The notes under the pieces: generated by a model
Database searches by the model: none
What the model saw: only the letters and a program-made list of their open reading frames with translations
Told to the model about the DNA's origin: nothing
Program-made: the position numbers and the translations under genes
Shown: piece by piece, positions 9,635 to 18,240 of the stretch
Numbering within the stretch: the first letter of the stretch is position 1
How the letters are laid out: each line of letters opens with the position of its first letter
Assembly: GCA_963833125.1 (NCBI GenBank)
Contig: CAWHWX010000009.1
Span: 56,088-120,087 of the forward strand
Source of the DNA: Candidatus Bathyarchaeota archaeon
Lineage (GTDB): Archaea; Thermoproteota; Bathyarchaeia; 40CM-2-53-6
DNA length: 64,000 nt
Direction of reading: 5' to 3'

Positions 9635-9772
9635 GCCGGGGTAGCCTAGCTAGGTAAGGCGACAGAGTCCCAGCGGATACTTGGGACGTTGAGCCTCGAG
9701 ATCTGCTAACAGTTTGGGCCAAGATAGCTGTTGGTCCTCTGGGCCTCGTGGGTTCAAATCCCACCCCCGGCG
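9635..9772 (+). tRNA. tRNA-Ser(CGA) with two introns (9666-9693 at 30/31; 9701-9725 at 37/38)
   Basis: Acceptor GCCGGGG/CCCCGGC plus discriminator G; D-arm GCCT/AGGC; spliced anticodon arm ACAGC-CTCGAGA-GCTGT; long variable arm GGTCC-TCT-GGGCC; T-arm GTGGG-TTCAAAT-CCCAC; no encoded CCA. Confidence 0.88.
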
Positions 9773-10312
9773 CTTTGACGATAACGCACCGGGTTCTAAG
9801 CGATAGACTACCCTCTTACTTCCAATCCAACCACATTTCATAGAATGAATCAGGATGCAATTTATGATGTGGGAAAGGCCGATGTTTCAGCACGGATTTC
9901 GAATAGCAGGTGATTTTGAACGCGGCAATTCAGAGTGTCTTTTGCCTATGAACTCTCAGATTGTTTCATTGTCCAATATCCGTTATTATCCGGGTCGGGT
10001 TAAGGCGAATTAACACTGTTATTGACGATAATTTCATGGGGGCATTAGCATGCGAACTTACAAAGTTTAGAATTCCGACGGAGCGAATTGACATCAACAT
10101 ATCTTCATCACGAATTCCATGCTATTTTAGCGGGCGCCCTGTTCCCATTGTAAACAACGCTTACGCCTCAAGGTATCTTTTGAGCGAAACTTGTGAAGGC
10201 TAAAGGCGGCCATTGGTCACCGTGCGGTCGATTGGATCTTCTCGAGAACGCCAGGTTGCTTTGGGGGTGAACAGTTGTCGTTGTATCCTCTCGTTACCTG
10301 ATCCTTCAGGAA

Positions 10313-11731
10313 TTGAGCTTGAAGCTTCTTGCATCCATCGCTTTTCCAGTGCTCATTATAATCGTCTCACTCTCCTCAATCAGTCCTGGTTTTAGTACTC
10401 CCACACATGCAGCCGCATTATATGCAACCGCCTCTAACCAACCATTGCAGGCTTGGATGGATTCTCCCCAAAACACAACCAACGCAACAACAACATCATT
10501 TACGTCAACAACAATGCTCACGAACAGCTCCGACCCGAGAGTCGACGTGACAGTTGACTCATTTCCGGAAGGTGCGGAACTAATCACGATCGATGGGAGT
10601 TCGATTGTGACTCCTACGGTGTACAGTTGGCAGACAGGCTCGGTTCACACCCTGTCTGCGGTCAGCTCGTTGAGCTGCGGGACATCATGCCAGTTCGTGT
10701 TTCAGTCGTGGTCTGACGGAGGCGAAGCGACCCACACCGTAACGGCTCCCAACTCACCAACGATCTACATCGCCGTATACCAGAAACAGTATCTCCTAAC
10801 CATCCAATCCAATGCTGGAGGCACAACCACTCCGCCTACAGGATGGCAGAACGCCAATGCGGCAGTGCCGATACTGGCCACACCTAACAGCGGCTTCACT
10901 TTCGTCGACTGGAACGGGTCCACCTTCGTCTCGTGGACCGGGTCCGGTTCAGGCTCGTTTAATGGCACATCGGCTTCCGCTTGGGTGACCATGAATGGAC
11001 CCATCACCGAGAACGCGACCTTTGCTCCGATGACCGCCGAGACGGTCATCACAACTTCAACTCAGACTGCGCTCAACACGACGGTGCAGTATAGTTCGGA
11101 ACAGATCACGATCACATCGAATCCGACCAGTGAAGGGATAATATCCGTGGACGGGACCTCGATCACCACTCCACAGACATTCACCTGGACGAATGGAACG
11201 ACGCATGTCCTATTCGCTCCACAGACCTCCCCATGTCTCAACCCTAATGGAAGCGTGAACTACTCATGCCGGTTTGTTTTTCAAAACTGGTTTGCTCAAA
11301 GCAGCGGATTCATCAACTCCAATTCTTTCATCTACACCGTTCCCTCGCTGTCAGAGACCGTTATCGCCAACTATCAGCAACAGCAAAATCCCAACTTCGC
11401 CTTGAGCATTACCCCCTCGACCGTCTTCCTGCCTCAGGACGTTTTCATTGGCTCAACAAGCTTCACGTTAACCCTCACAAGCATTAGTGGGTGGAATGGT
11501 AGCATCCAGTTCACCACTTCACAATTACCTGCCGGCGTGACTCTATCATTTATGCCATCGGCATACTCACTTGATACACCCTATGCATCGTGGAATGTTA
11601 TAGTGAATATCGCTGCTTCCGCGCGGCCAGGAAGTTATCCGATAGAGATTACTGCGACCAGTGGCCCACTCATTCAGACAGCCTACGTTACGGTCCTAGT
11701 CACGGGTTCTGCCGCGCGGAGCCTCGTATAG
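10313..11731 (+). CDS. secreted/surface protein with divergent InlB B-repeat-like and Ig-like domains
   Basis: Signal peptide; Thr/Ser-rich; repeated ITIDG..ITTP..FxW..GxxH, FQSWSDGG, ATPNSGFTFVDW, and an FALSITPSTV..TLTLTS module. Confidence 0.75.
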   Translation: MSLKLLASIAFPVLIIIVSLSSISPGFSTPTHAAALYATASNQPLQAWMDSPQNTTNATTTSFTSTTMLTNSSDPRVDVTVDSFPEGAELITIDGSSIVTPTVYSWQTGSVHTLSAVSSLSCGTSCQFVFQSWSDGGEATHTVTAPNSPTIYIAVYQKQYLLTIQSNAGGTTTPPTGWQNANAAVPILATPNSGFTFVDWNGSTFVSWTGSGSGSFNGTSASAWVTMNGPITENATFAPMTAETVITTSTQTALNTTVQYSSEQITITSNPTSEGIISVDGTSITTPQTFTWTNGTTHVLFAPQTSPCLNPNGSVNYSCRFVFQNWFAQSSGFINSNSFIYTVPSLSETVIANYQQQQNPNFALSITPSTVFLPQDVFIGSTSFTLTLTSISGWNGSIQFTTSQLPAGVTLSFMPSAYSLDTPYASWNVIVNIAASARPGSYPIEITATSGPLIQTAYVTVLVTGSAARSLV

Positions 11732-11904
11732 TCGGCTTACCGCCTTCAGAGAACTCACTCAGAAATACATTTGCACGTTTCTCCAAAGTATCGGAAATTG
11801 CATGTACTTTCTCCTCGATAGTTCTGAAAGCGACTTCTAGAGGGAATAGGATGCGATTCGCAATTGCAAGTAACTGGTAGATTTCGTGCATTCGGTGCGA
11901 GAGA

Positions 11905-12213
11905 TTAATTACTTATCGAGTTGACAGACTGTTGCACTTTGTTGGACAACTCTGCTGGGCAGCTTTTGCCTAAGCACGCCGAATACTCAGGACAACGTGC
12001 GTTTGTTTCCCGAAATGGCCACAGCCCATGTCGAGCTAAAATTACATTGATTTCTTTCAGAGACTTAGGTTCCCGGAATGAACCGAATCCTTCGATGGAA
12101 AGACGATATTCCGAATTGCGAACCTTAACCTGCGCTTTGCTTTTCGGCGCCCCATTCTCAAGTACACAGTCGAGTCGGTAAGTTCCATCTGGACATTTCG
12201 TCCACAATTTCAT
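11905..12213 (-). CDS. hypothetical Cys-containing protein
   Basis: ATG with GAGGGTG SD; 102 aa with 5 Cys. Confidence 0.55.
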   Translation of the reverse strand: MKLWTKCPDGTYRLDCVLENGAPKSKAQVKVRNSEYRLSIEGFGSFREPKSLKEINVILARHGLWPFRETNARCPEYSACLGKSCPAELSNKVQQSVNSISN

Positions 12214-12392
12214 AACACCCTCAGTTACCCCTTACGTCGGCCGTGACGAGAGTAACTTTACCCTACAAGCATATTCATGTGCCCTGAAGTACTATATGGA
12301 GATTTGCAATCAATAATAGAAACCGGAAGAGAATCCTTCTGACGCTTGTCCCACCCATTTTTCTGTAACACCTGAACTGAGTAGGCTTGGGT

Positions 12393-12866
12393 CTACCTCG
12401 CCTGAAGTAGAGATTCGGTTTCATTGATCTGACCAGCGTAAATCTTCTTGTCCTCTTCGTCCTTGATAGACTCCAATTCCTTGTGCGCCTTCACAATGTA
12501 GCCTCTAGCCAATTGAGGCTGTTGCGCTAATGCATGCGCTCGGGCCATCCCTTCGTATGCGGATGGGAGCAAGTCGGACAGATTATTCTTAACTACTAAT
12601 TCTAGAGATGATTTTGCAAAGAGGAGCGACGGTTCTGCTTGTTTGAGTTCGGCATATACTCGTGATATTTGCCATTCTCCTACGGCGATGGGGATGATGT
12701 TTCCGATTAGGCCCCAGTGGTACCTTGATGCATGCGCTAGGACTAGCATCTGCCTGTCATCGTCAGCAGTCCGATTTTTCTTCTCCAGATAATCCCAGGT
12801 CTTATTGAAGCATTGTTTTGCAATTTTTCTATGAAATACCATTTCCTGCTCTGGTACTTCGGGCAT
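12393..12866 (-). CDS. conserved hypothetical all-helical (TPR-like) protein
   Basis: HRKIAKQCFNKTWDYL..MLVLAHASRYHW..GEWQISRVYA..AYEGMARAHA pattern. Confidence 0.7.
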   Translation of the reverse strand: MPEVPEQEMVFHRKIAKQCFNKTWDYLEKKNRTADDDRQMLVLAHASRYHWGLIGNIIPIAVGEWQISRVYAELKQAEPSLLFAKSSLELVVKNNLSDLLPSAYEGMARAHALAQQPQLARGYIVKAHKELESIKDEEDKKIYAGQINETESLLQAR

Positions 12867-12910
12867 GGCTTAGAAACCTGATTTTAGCGGGTTTAGTGGT
12901 TACTAACGTA

Positions 12911-13324
12911 TCAAACTTCGTGAACGGTTTTCTGACTCCATTCACCTTTCTTCAGTTTCAACCCAGGGATACCCCAGCTCCACGACGTTTGCGGAGTTAT
13001 CCGAAGATATTTTCCAGGGCCGAACATACCGTTATGCTCCACGACCTCTGCTGTTCCGAATAACTTGATTCCGCGAGGCTTCCAAGGATCAACGGATTCT
13101 AGATCGTCAATAACTAATCCCACTCGGTTGTTGCCGGTTCTGACGCTCTTGTATTTGCGGGTCCTGAGAAAGATGTCTTGACTGTGGCTTCCGATGTAGA
13201 AGTATTTGCCATCGAATTCGAACGCCACTGGAACGACCTCAGGTTGACCTTTCTTGGATACGGTCGCAATTCTACTGAGCCGCTGAGACTTCAGGTATTC
13301 AATCTCTGTAGCTGAATATGGCAA
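12911..13324 (-). CDS. PPOX-class (split beta-barrel) F420-dependent oxidoreductase
   Basis: EIEYLKSQRLSRIATV..QPEVVPVAF..LVIDDLESVDPWKPRGI..G.AE..SWSWGI. Confidence 0.85.
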   Translation of the reverse strand: MPYSATEIEYLKSQRLSRIATVSKKGQPEVVPVAFEFDGKYFYIGSHSQDIFLRTRKYKSVRTGNNRVGLVIDDLESVDPWKPRGIKLFGTAEVVEHNGMFGPGKYLRITPQTSWSWGIPGLKLKKGEWSQKTVHEV

Positions 13325-13408
13325 GCCTAATCTCCCTATTGTATGCCTACCTACGATTTATTGACTTACCTTTTGTTCGGCCGACGCAGAGTTGACACCA
13401 GAACCAGT

Positions 13409-13467
13409 AGTTTCAGAAACTCTAGTTCGTCCATTTTTATCTGAGTTACTTCATATTCAGAAACTCT
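13409..13467. promoter_or_regulatory. palindromic/direct-repeat operator candidates flanking a TATA-like box
   Basis: AGTTTC-A-GAAACT palindrome at 13409-13421; TTCAGAAACTCT at 13412 and 13456; TTTTTAT at 13434-13440. Confidence 0.4.
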
Positions 13468-13481
13468 CGGAACTAAACTGA

Positions 13482-14381
13482 GTGAAAAAAATGAGTAGCA
13501 CCACTCTTTCGGATTTCGCATATCTCAGCGCGGTGGACGAGTATACCGACTATGTGGTCTACAAGAAACTGTCAGGCCTGGGGTTTGAGAAACGGCATAG
13601 GTTTAGTGGCACATTGAAACGATTGTCTGGGATGGAGTACGGACACTACCGTTTTTGGATCAAATATTGCCCCGAAAGAAAGATAGGAGTAAGCAATCTC
13701 AAAGTTTACTTCATAATTCTCATACGCCTGTTGCTGGGAGTTACATTCGCCGTCAAGTTTCTTGAAAGACATGAAATGGGTACAATAAAGAAATACAAGG
13801 AAGTCGCGAACCTAATCCCACAAAGAGATCGTTCTCAGTTCAGAAAGATGGTAGCGGATGAAGTGGAGCACGAGAATATATTCGTCGATCAGTTTGATGA
13901 GCCTCAGATCAAGTACATTTCATTCATTGTTCTCGGTCTTGCGGACGCTTTAGTGGAAATCGGGGGGATTCATGCTGGCTCGCTGGGAATTTATAACTCA
14001 ACTGAGCTGGCAGGCTTGGCTGGGATTATAGCGGGTGCAGCGGCCTCGATAGCCATGGCGTCAGCAGCCTATGCTCAAGCAAGAACTGGTTTCAAGGGCT
14101 CAGCGACTCTTTCAGCAATCTACACGGGCATATCTTATTTCGTGACCGCGGTCATCCTAGCTACGCCGTACTTTCTGACAAAGATAATGGTTGATGCGTT
14201 GACCGCGTCATTGGTGCTCGCGGTTGTTTTGATAGCGTTCATAAGTCTCTATGAGTCAGTAATTTCCGGCGCTGCATTCAGGAAACAATTCATCGAAATT
14301 ACGAGCATCATGTTCGGGGCAACGGTAGCACTCTACCTAATCGGAACCGTCATCAGAATCCTCACCGGGATAACGATTTGA
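13482..14381 (+). CDS. rubrerythrin/ferritin-like domain fused to VIT1/CCC1 iron/manganese transporter
   Basis: DEYTD..EYGH..E..DEVEHE diiron-type motifs; FIVLGLADALVE, AGIIAGAAASIAMASAAY. Confidence 0.88.
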   Translation: MKKMSSTTLSDFAYLSAVDEYTDYVVYKKLSGLGFEKRHRFSGTLKRLSGMEYGHYRFWIKYCPERKIGVSNLKVYFIILIRLLLGVTFAVKFLERHEMGTIKKYKEVANLIPQRDRSQFRKMVADEVEHENIFVDQFDEPQIKYISFIVLGLADALVEIGGIHAGSLGIYNSTELAGLAGIIAGAAASIAMASAAYAQARTGFKGSATLSAIYTGISYFVTAVILATPYFLTKIMVDALTASLVLAVVLIAFISLYESVISGAAFRKQFIEITSIMFGATVALYLIGTVIRILTGITI

Positions 14382-14447
14382 AACTACCGTCATCTAGCAT
14401 CTCCCGGCAGAAGGAACAAAGCTCATTAGGAAACACCGTCGCAATGT

Positions 14448-14546
14448 GGAGTGCGGCTTAGCCCGTGTGGTCAACTTGACGCATAAACCACTAGATGAAG
14501 AGGAAATCCGGCCTGCGTTGGCCGCCTAACTCCCCTCTTTTTCTTT
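14448..14546 (+). ncRNA. candidate structured small RNA
   Basis: Nested stems GGAGT/ACTCC, GCGGC/GCCGC, CCG/CGG, GTGGT/ACCAC, followed by TCTTTTTCTTT; weak TATA-like CTCATTA about 25 nt upstream. Confidence 0.3.
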
Positions 14547-14553
14547 GAGGTAA

Positions 14554-16101
14554 CTAGCTTGATTCTTTGATTAAGTCTCCCCAGACTTTGGCCGGCTTCC
14601 AGTTGTACACGATTGTTTTGAGTCGGGTCATCTCTTCTATGCTGTATCCGATGCCTTCCCTACCGATTCCAGAATCCTTGTTGCCGCCAAATGGATAGTA
14701 GCCAACACCATGACGAGGGGCAGCGTTTATCGTCACTTCGCCATCTTCCAAACGCTTGGCCACTTTCCTAGCAAGATTGATGTCGTTTGTGAAAACGCAG
14801 GAATCCAACCCGAATCTAGACTTGTTCGCAAGCTGAATAGCCTCGTCAACATCTTTCACATATCCAATCGGAATAACAGGTCCGAAGGTTTCTTCCCACA
14901 TGACTCTAGCATCGATAGGAACTGCATCAAGAACAGTAGGTTGGTAGTAATTGCCCTCGTGCTTTCCACCAGTGAGCAGCTTTGCTCCCCTGTTTACTGC
15001 GTCCGTGACCAGCTCATGAACTCGCTCAACAGCAGTGTGATCTATTAACGGGCCTAACTTAACGGATGAATCACGCGGATCTCCCATCTTGTAAGATCCT
15101 ACTTCTTTCATCAGCCTCTTTACGAATATGTTCGCGATTTCCTGTTCAACAAATACTCGTGAGATAGCGTCGCATCTTTGGCCGCTGTAGCTCAGCGATC
15201 CTTTGGCAGTCTCAGTCGCGGCAAGTTCAAGATTGGCATCTTTGAGTATGATGGCGCAGCCTTTTCCTCCGAGTTCCATGTGCAGTCCTTTGAGACCTGC
15301 AACTTTCGCGAGAGTTTTTCCAATATCCGTGCTACCAGTGAATGTCAACATGCTGATTTTGTCTTGGGCTGCGAGATATTCGCCGATGGGGCCTCTCCCA
15401 GTTATCACGTTTAGGGATCCCTTGGGGATGCCTGCTATGTCTAGGAGGCTTGCGAACATTAGAAAGCAGAGCGGGTCTTTGCTTGAGGTTTTCACTACGA
15501 CCGAGTTACCAGCCAAGAGTGCTGGAATGACTTTGGTTGCGGTTATGTACAGTGGGTAATTGAACGGTGAGATTGCGAGAACCACTCCCAACGGTTCTCT
15601 AAGCACGTCTGCGTCGGTTCCAAGTGTCTCATCAGACCAGTCACCAGGTATGTGTTCCCCCCGAATCTTCCCATACTCCTCTGGAGTAAGTTTCAACCGT
15701 TCTGCGGTCGCCTTGACTTCGCCTTCAGCATTGGAGGCAGGCTTGCCGGCTTCTAAAGTTAGGATTGAAACGAATGATTCCGTGTTCTGCAACAGCAGTT
15801 CTCGCGTGCGTCGGAATATCTCAATCTTCTTTACGGCCGGAATGGCTCTGATGACGCTGCGATTAGTGTACGCCGCCTCCACCGCGCGCCCAGCCTCCTG
15901 CTCAGATGAACTCGGAACAGTTGCAACTAACCCGCCGTCAATAGGGCTTCGAACTTCAATTCGTTCCTTTAGCGAGATCCAAGCGCCATCAAGAAGCATT
16001 TTGAAGTCTAAGGATCCGGAGTCGGACAAATCGTAAATGGGTTCGAAAACCGTTCCAAGCTTCGGCTTGTGTTGAATTGTTACCATGACTATGGCCTCCA
16101 T
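14554..16101 (-). CDS. gapN: non-phosphorylating NADP-dependent glyceraldehyde-3-phosphate dehydrogenase (ALDH superfamily)
   Basis: GEHIPGDWS, AISPFNYPL, FTGST, MELGGK, YSGQRCDAISR, EETFGPV, PRHGVGYYPFGG. Confidence 0.88.
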   Translation of the reverse strand: MEAIVMVTIQHKPKLGTVFEPIYDLSDSGSLDFKMLLDGAWISLKERIEVRSPIDGGLVATVPSSSEQEAGRAVEAAYTNRSVIRAIPAVKKIEIFRRTRELLLQNTESFVSILTLEAGKPASNAEGEVKATAERLKLTPEEYGKIRGEHIPGDWSDETLGTDADVLREPLGVVLAISPFNYPLYITATKVIPALLAGNSVVVKTSSKDPLCFLMFASLLDIAGIPKGSLNVITGRGPIGEYLAAQDKISMLTFTGSTDIGKTLAKVAGLKGLHMELGGKGCAIILKDANLELAATETAKGSLSYSGQRCDAISRVFVEQEIANIFVKRLMKEVGSYKMGDPRDSSVKLGPLIDHTAVERVHELVTDAVNRGAKLLTGGKHEGNYYQPTVLDAVPIDARVMWEETFGPVIPIGYVKDVDEAIQLANKSRFGLDSCVFTNDINLARKVAKRLEDGEVTINAAPRHGVGYYPFGGNKDSGIGREGIGYSIEEMTRLKTIVYNWKPAKVWGDLIKESS

Positions 16102-16107
16102 CGACTC

Positions 16108-16503
16108 CTAATCGAGTATCGCCTCAGCCTCGATTTCCACGAGAATTTCCGGGCTGATCAGTTTCTTAACCTCGATCATGCTAGTTGTCGGCCTAATGTT
16201 CTTGAAGACTGCACCATGGGCCTTTCCAACCTCCTCCCAGCGGCCTATGTCCGTGACGTAAATTCTCGTCCGAACCACATCTTCGAGCTTGGAACCAACC
16301 GATTCCAGCGCTCCTCGAATATTATTCAGAGTTTGAACAGTCTGCTTCCCCGGACCTCCGACACCGACCAATTTCCCTTCAGAGTCCGTCGCCGTTGTAC
16401 CGGAAACATGTACGATTTTGCCTACCCTGATTGCTCGCGAATAGCCAACTATCGGTTCCCATTTCGTCCCGGAAGAATACTTCACCCTATCAGCCATGCT
16501 CAT
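16108..16503 (-). CDS. RidA/YjgF family protein
   Basis: SSGTKWEPIVGYSRA, VSGTTA, DVVRTRIYVTD, LVEIEAEA. Confidence 0.9.
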   Translation of the reverse strand: MSMADRVKYSSGTKWEPIVGYSRAIRVGKIVHVSGTTATDSEGKLVGVGGPGKQTVQTLNNIRGALESVGSKLEDVVRTRIYVTDIGRWEEVGKAHGAVFKNIRPTTSMIEVKKLISPEILVEIEAEAILD

Positions 16504-16575
16504 CCATCCACCGAATACCCGAATTGGACAGCGTCTATAAAGCGGCCCCCATAAGTTTGCACTTGGGAGCAAGAC

Positions 16576-17439
16576 CTAGATTTTCTTCGCCCGAATGAAG
16601 GAAACAGCCCAGTCAAAGCTGAAGCTTCCGTTCCTGGTGAAGTCCTTCAAACCATCTGCAAGCTCACTGTACAATACTCTTCGCTCTTTCTTAGGTAGTT
16701 CATTGAACTCCCGTCTAAGGCTGGCACTACTGAATCGCATGTCCAGAAAATCGTACACCCCACCGAGACGAACGTGATAAGCCCGTTCCTTGACCGTTAT
16801 TCGAGTGAAACCGGTCCGTCTAAGTTCACGAAGCTGAAAACTAAGAGTCATTTTCCGATTTGCATATCGCTCGAAAGTAGCCAGAGCGGTTCGTTGAGTT
16901 CTCAGCCTAACCGAAGGATTACTAGTTCGATTTCGTTGCAAGATCTCTCCGAAAATCCTGTGCACTTTAACGTCCTTCAAACGCCAACTATTGTAAACAA
17001 GGCAACCACCCTCCTTCAATACCCTATACGCTTCGCTGGCCACTTCATCGAAATTAACGAATGATACTCCGCAATTCGAAACTACCGCCTCGAAAAAACT
17101 GTCAGGGAAGTACAAGTGTCTCGCGTCCATAAACAAGAACTTCAGATTCCTTGGTTTAGTTTTCGTGGCTTTGCGAATTGCTAGGTCCAGCATGCCTCGC
17201 GAGCGGTCGATTCCGAAGACGAAACCTTTGCGCCCAACAACCTTAGCCGCCTCGGCCGCTCCGATGCCAGTTCCGGTTCCAATATCGAGTGCAATTTGCC
17301 CGCTGGATAGTCTAGCCGCAGCGACTAGATCGTGTGCGAATCTACGAAAGATCGGAACCCAATGCGTCTCCCACGCTTCTACGTCCTCGTCCCATAACCC
17401 TTGCCTAATTCTATCAGCCTCTTCGACTGCCATCCTCAA
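16576..17439 (-). CDS. class I SAM-dependent methyltransferase (UbiE-like)
   Basis: ALDIGTGTG, GIDRSRGML, MDARHLYFPDSFFEAV, RVLKEGG. Confidence 0.85.
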   Translation of the reverse strand: MRMAVEEADRIRQGLWDEDVEAWETHWVPIFRRFAHDLVAAARLSSGQIALDIGTGTGIGAAEAAKVVGRKGFVFGIDRSRGMLDLAIRKATKTKPRNLKFLFMDARHLYFPDSFFEAVVSNCGVSFVNFDEVASEAYRVLKEGGCLVYNSWRLKDVKVHRIFGEILQRNRTSNPSVRLRTQRTALATFERYANRKMTLSFQLRELRRTGFTRITVKERAYHVRLGGVYDFLDMRFSSASLRREFNELPKKERRVLYSELADGLKDFTRNGSFSFDWAVSFIRAKKI

Positions 17440-17650
17440 AGTTTAGAACCTCAACTCCCGGAGGCTAATCATCTTAACTTAACATTTATCGCTGCTCCAA
17501 ATCGAATAGGCAGAGTTTCTTGAACTGACTTTCGGATCAACCGAGTGCGTCGTCTCGTGATGTTACGGAGTTACTGTCGAGCGAGACGAAGTCTGATAAG
17601 AGCAGTGCGGAAAAAAGAAGAGTGGAGAGAGGAGGGAGTGTTACGTGGTT

Positions 17651-18165
17651 TCAACTGATTTGGTAGCGGACGGCAGAGAGTTGCACGTCCCACTGTGCCC
17701 CGTATTCGCCGCGGAAATCGCTGAAGGCATGCATTAGTACGCCGCCTGAACCAAGGCCGGTATCCTGTCCGTAGATAATGAAGTAACCTAGCCCTTCATT
17801 TGGGGCGGTGGCCGGACCCTGGTAGATGGAAGTATGTGTGTTAAGGATCATAGTCGCCCTCTCCAATGACCCACATCGATCACATAGACCTTGTACATGA
17901 CCTGGAAGGTGCCTGAAAGCACTTTGAAGACCACATTGTATGGACCAACGAATGTTACTTGAATTTGGAGTTCAAGGTTGGCTGGACCTGTGACCCATTG
18001 CCCATTGATCCAAGCGCGTGCAAAGCCCTTGGTTGTAGTAACTGAGTATTGGTTGCCGACCGCAACCATGTTTCCAGCATATAGTGGATCTGCGTAGACG
18101 GTTGTTAGAGAGAGGCTTAGTAAGACGACTCCGAGCAAGATTGGGGGTACGTGTTTTGCCTGCAT
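17651..18165 (-). CDS. secreted beta-rich hypothetical protein (frameshifted near 17850)
   Basis: Signal peptide in ORF 17848..18165; the overlapping ORF 17651..17866 continues with similar composition. Confidence 0.55.
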
Positions 18166-18240
18166 TTTTCGATCACCAACGAGCCCCTTGGCTCATCTAA
18201 TTTAAGGCGCTTCGGAAGGAATGATCTGGACGAATCGTCG

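Noticed and set aside
8887-9657. Long antisense ORFs (for example 8887..9657, 39431..40129) and the N-terminal part of 61124..61975
   Set aside because: Shadow frames of well-supported genes with no protein-like motifs
9716-9730. CAA in GGCCAAGA as a possible Leu anticodon
   Set aside because: Does not form a 7-nt loop with U33; acceptor stem, G discriminator and variable arm fit Ser
9773-13400. Possible integrated element downstream of the tRNA
   Set aside because: No integrase, no duplicated tRNA 3' end and no mobile genes were seen
17550-17597. TCGTCTCG/CGAGACGA inverted repeat with GTGATG and CTGA, suggesting a C/D box sRNA
   Set aside because: Boxes are degenerate and spacing is short; no target could be verified by eye
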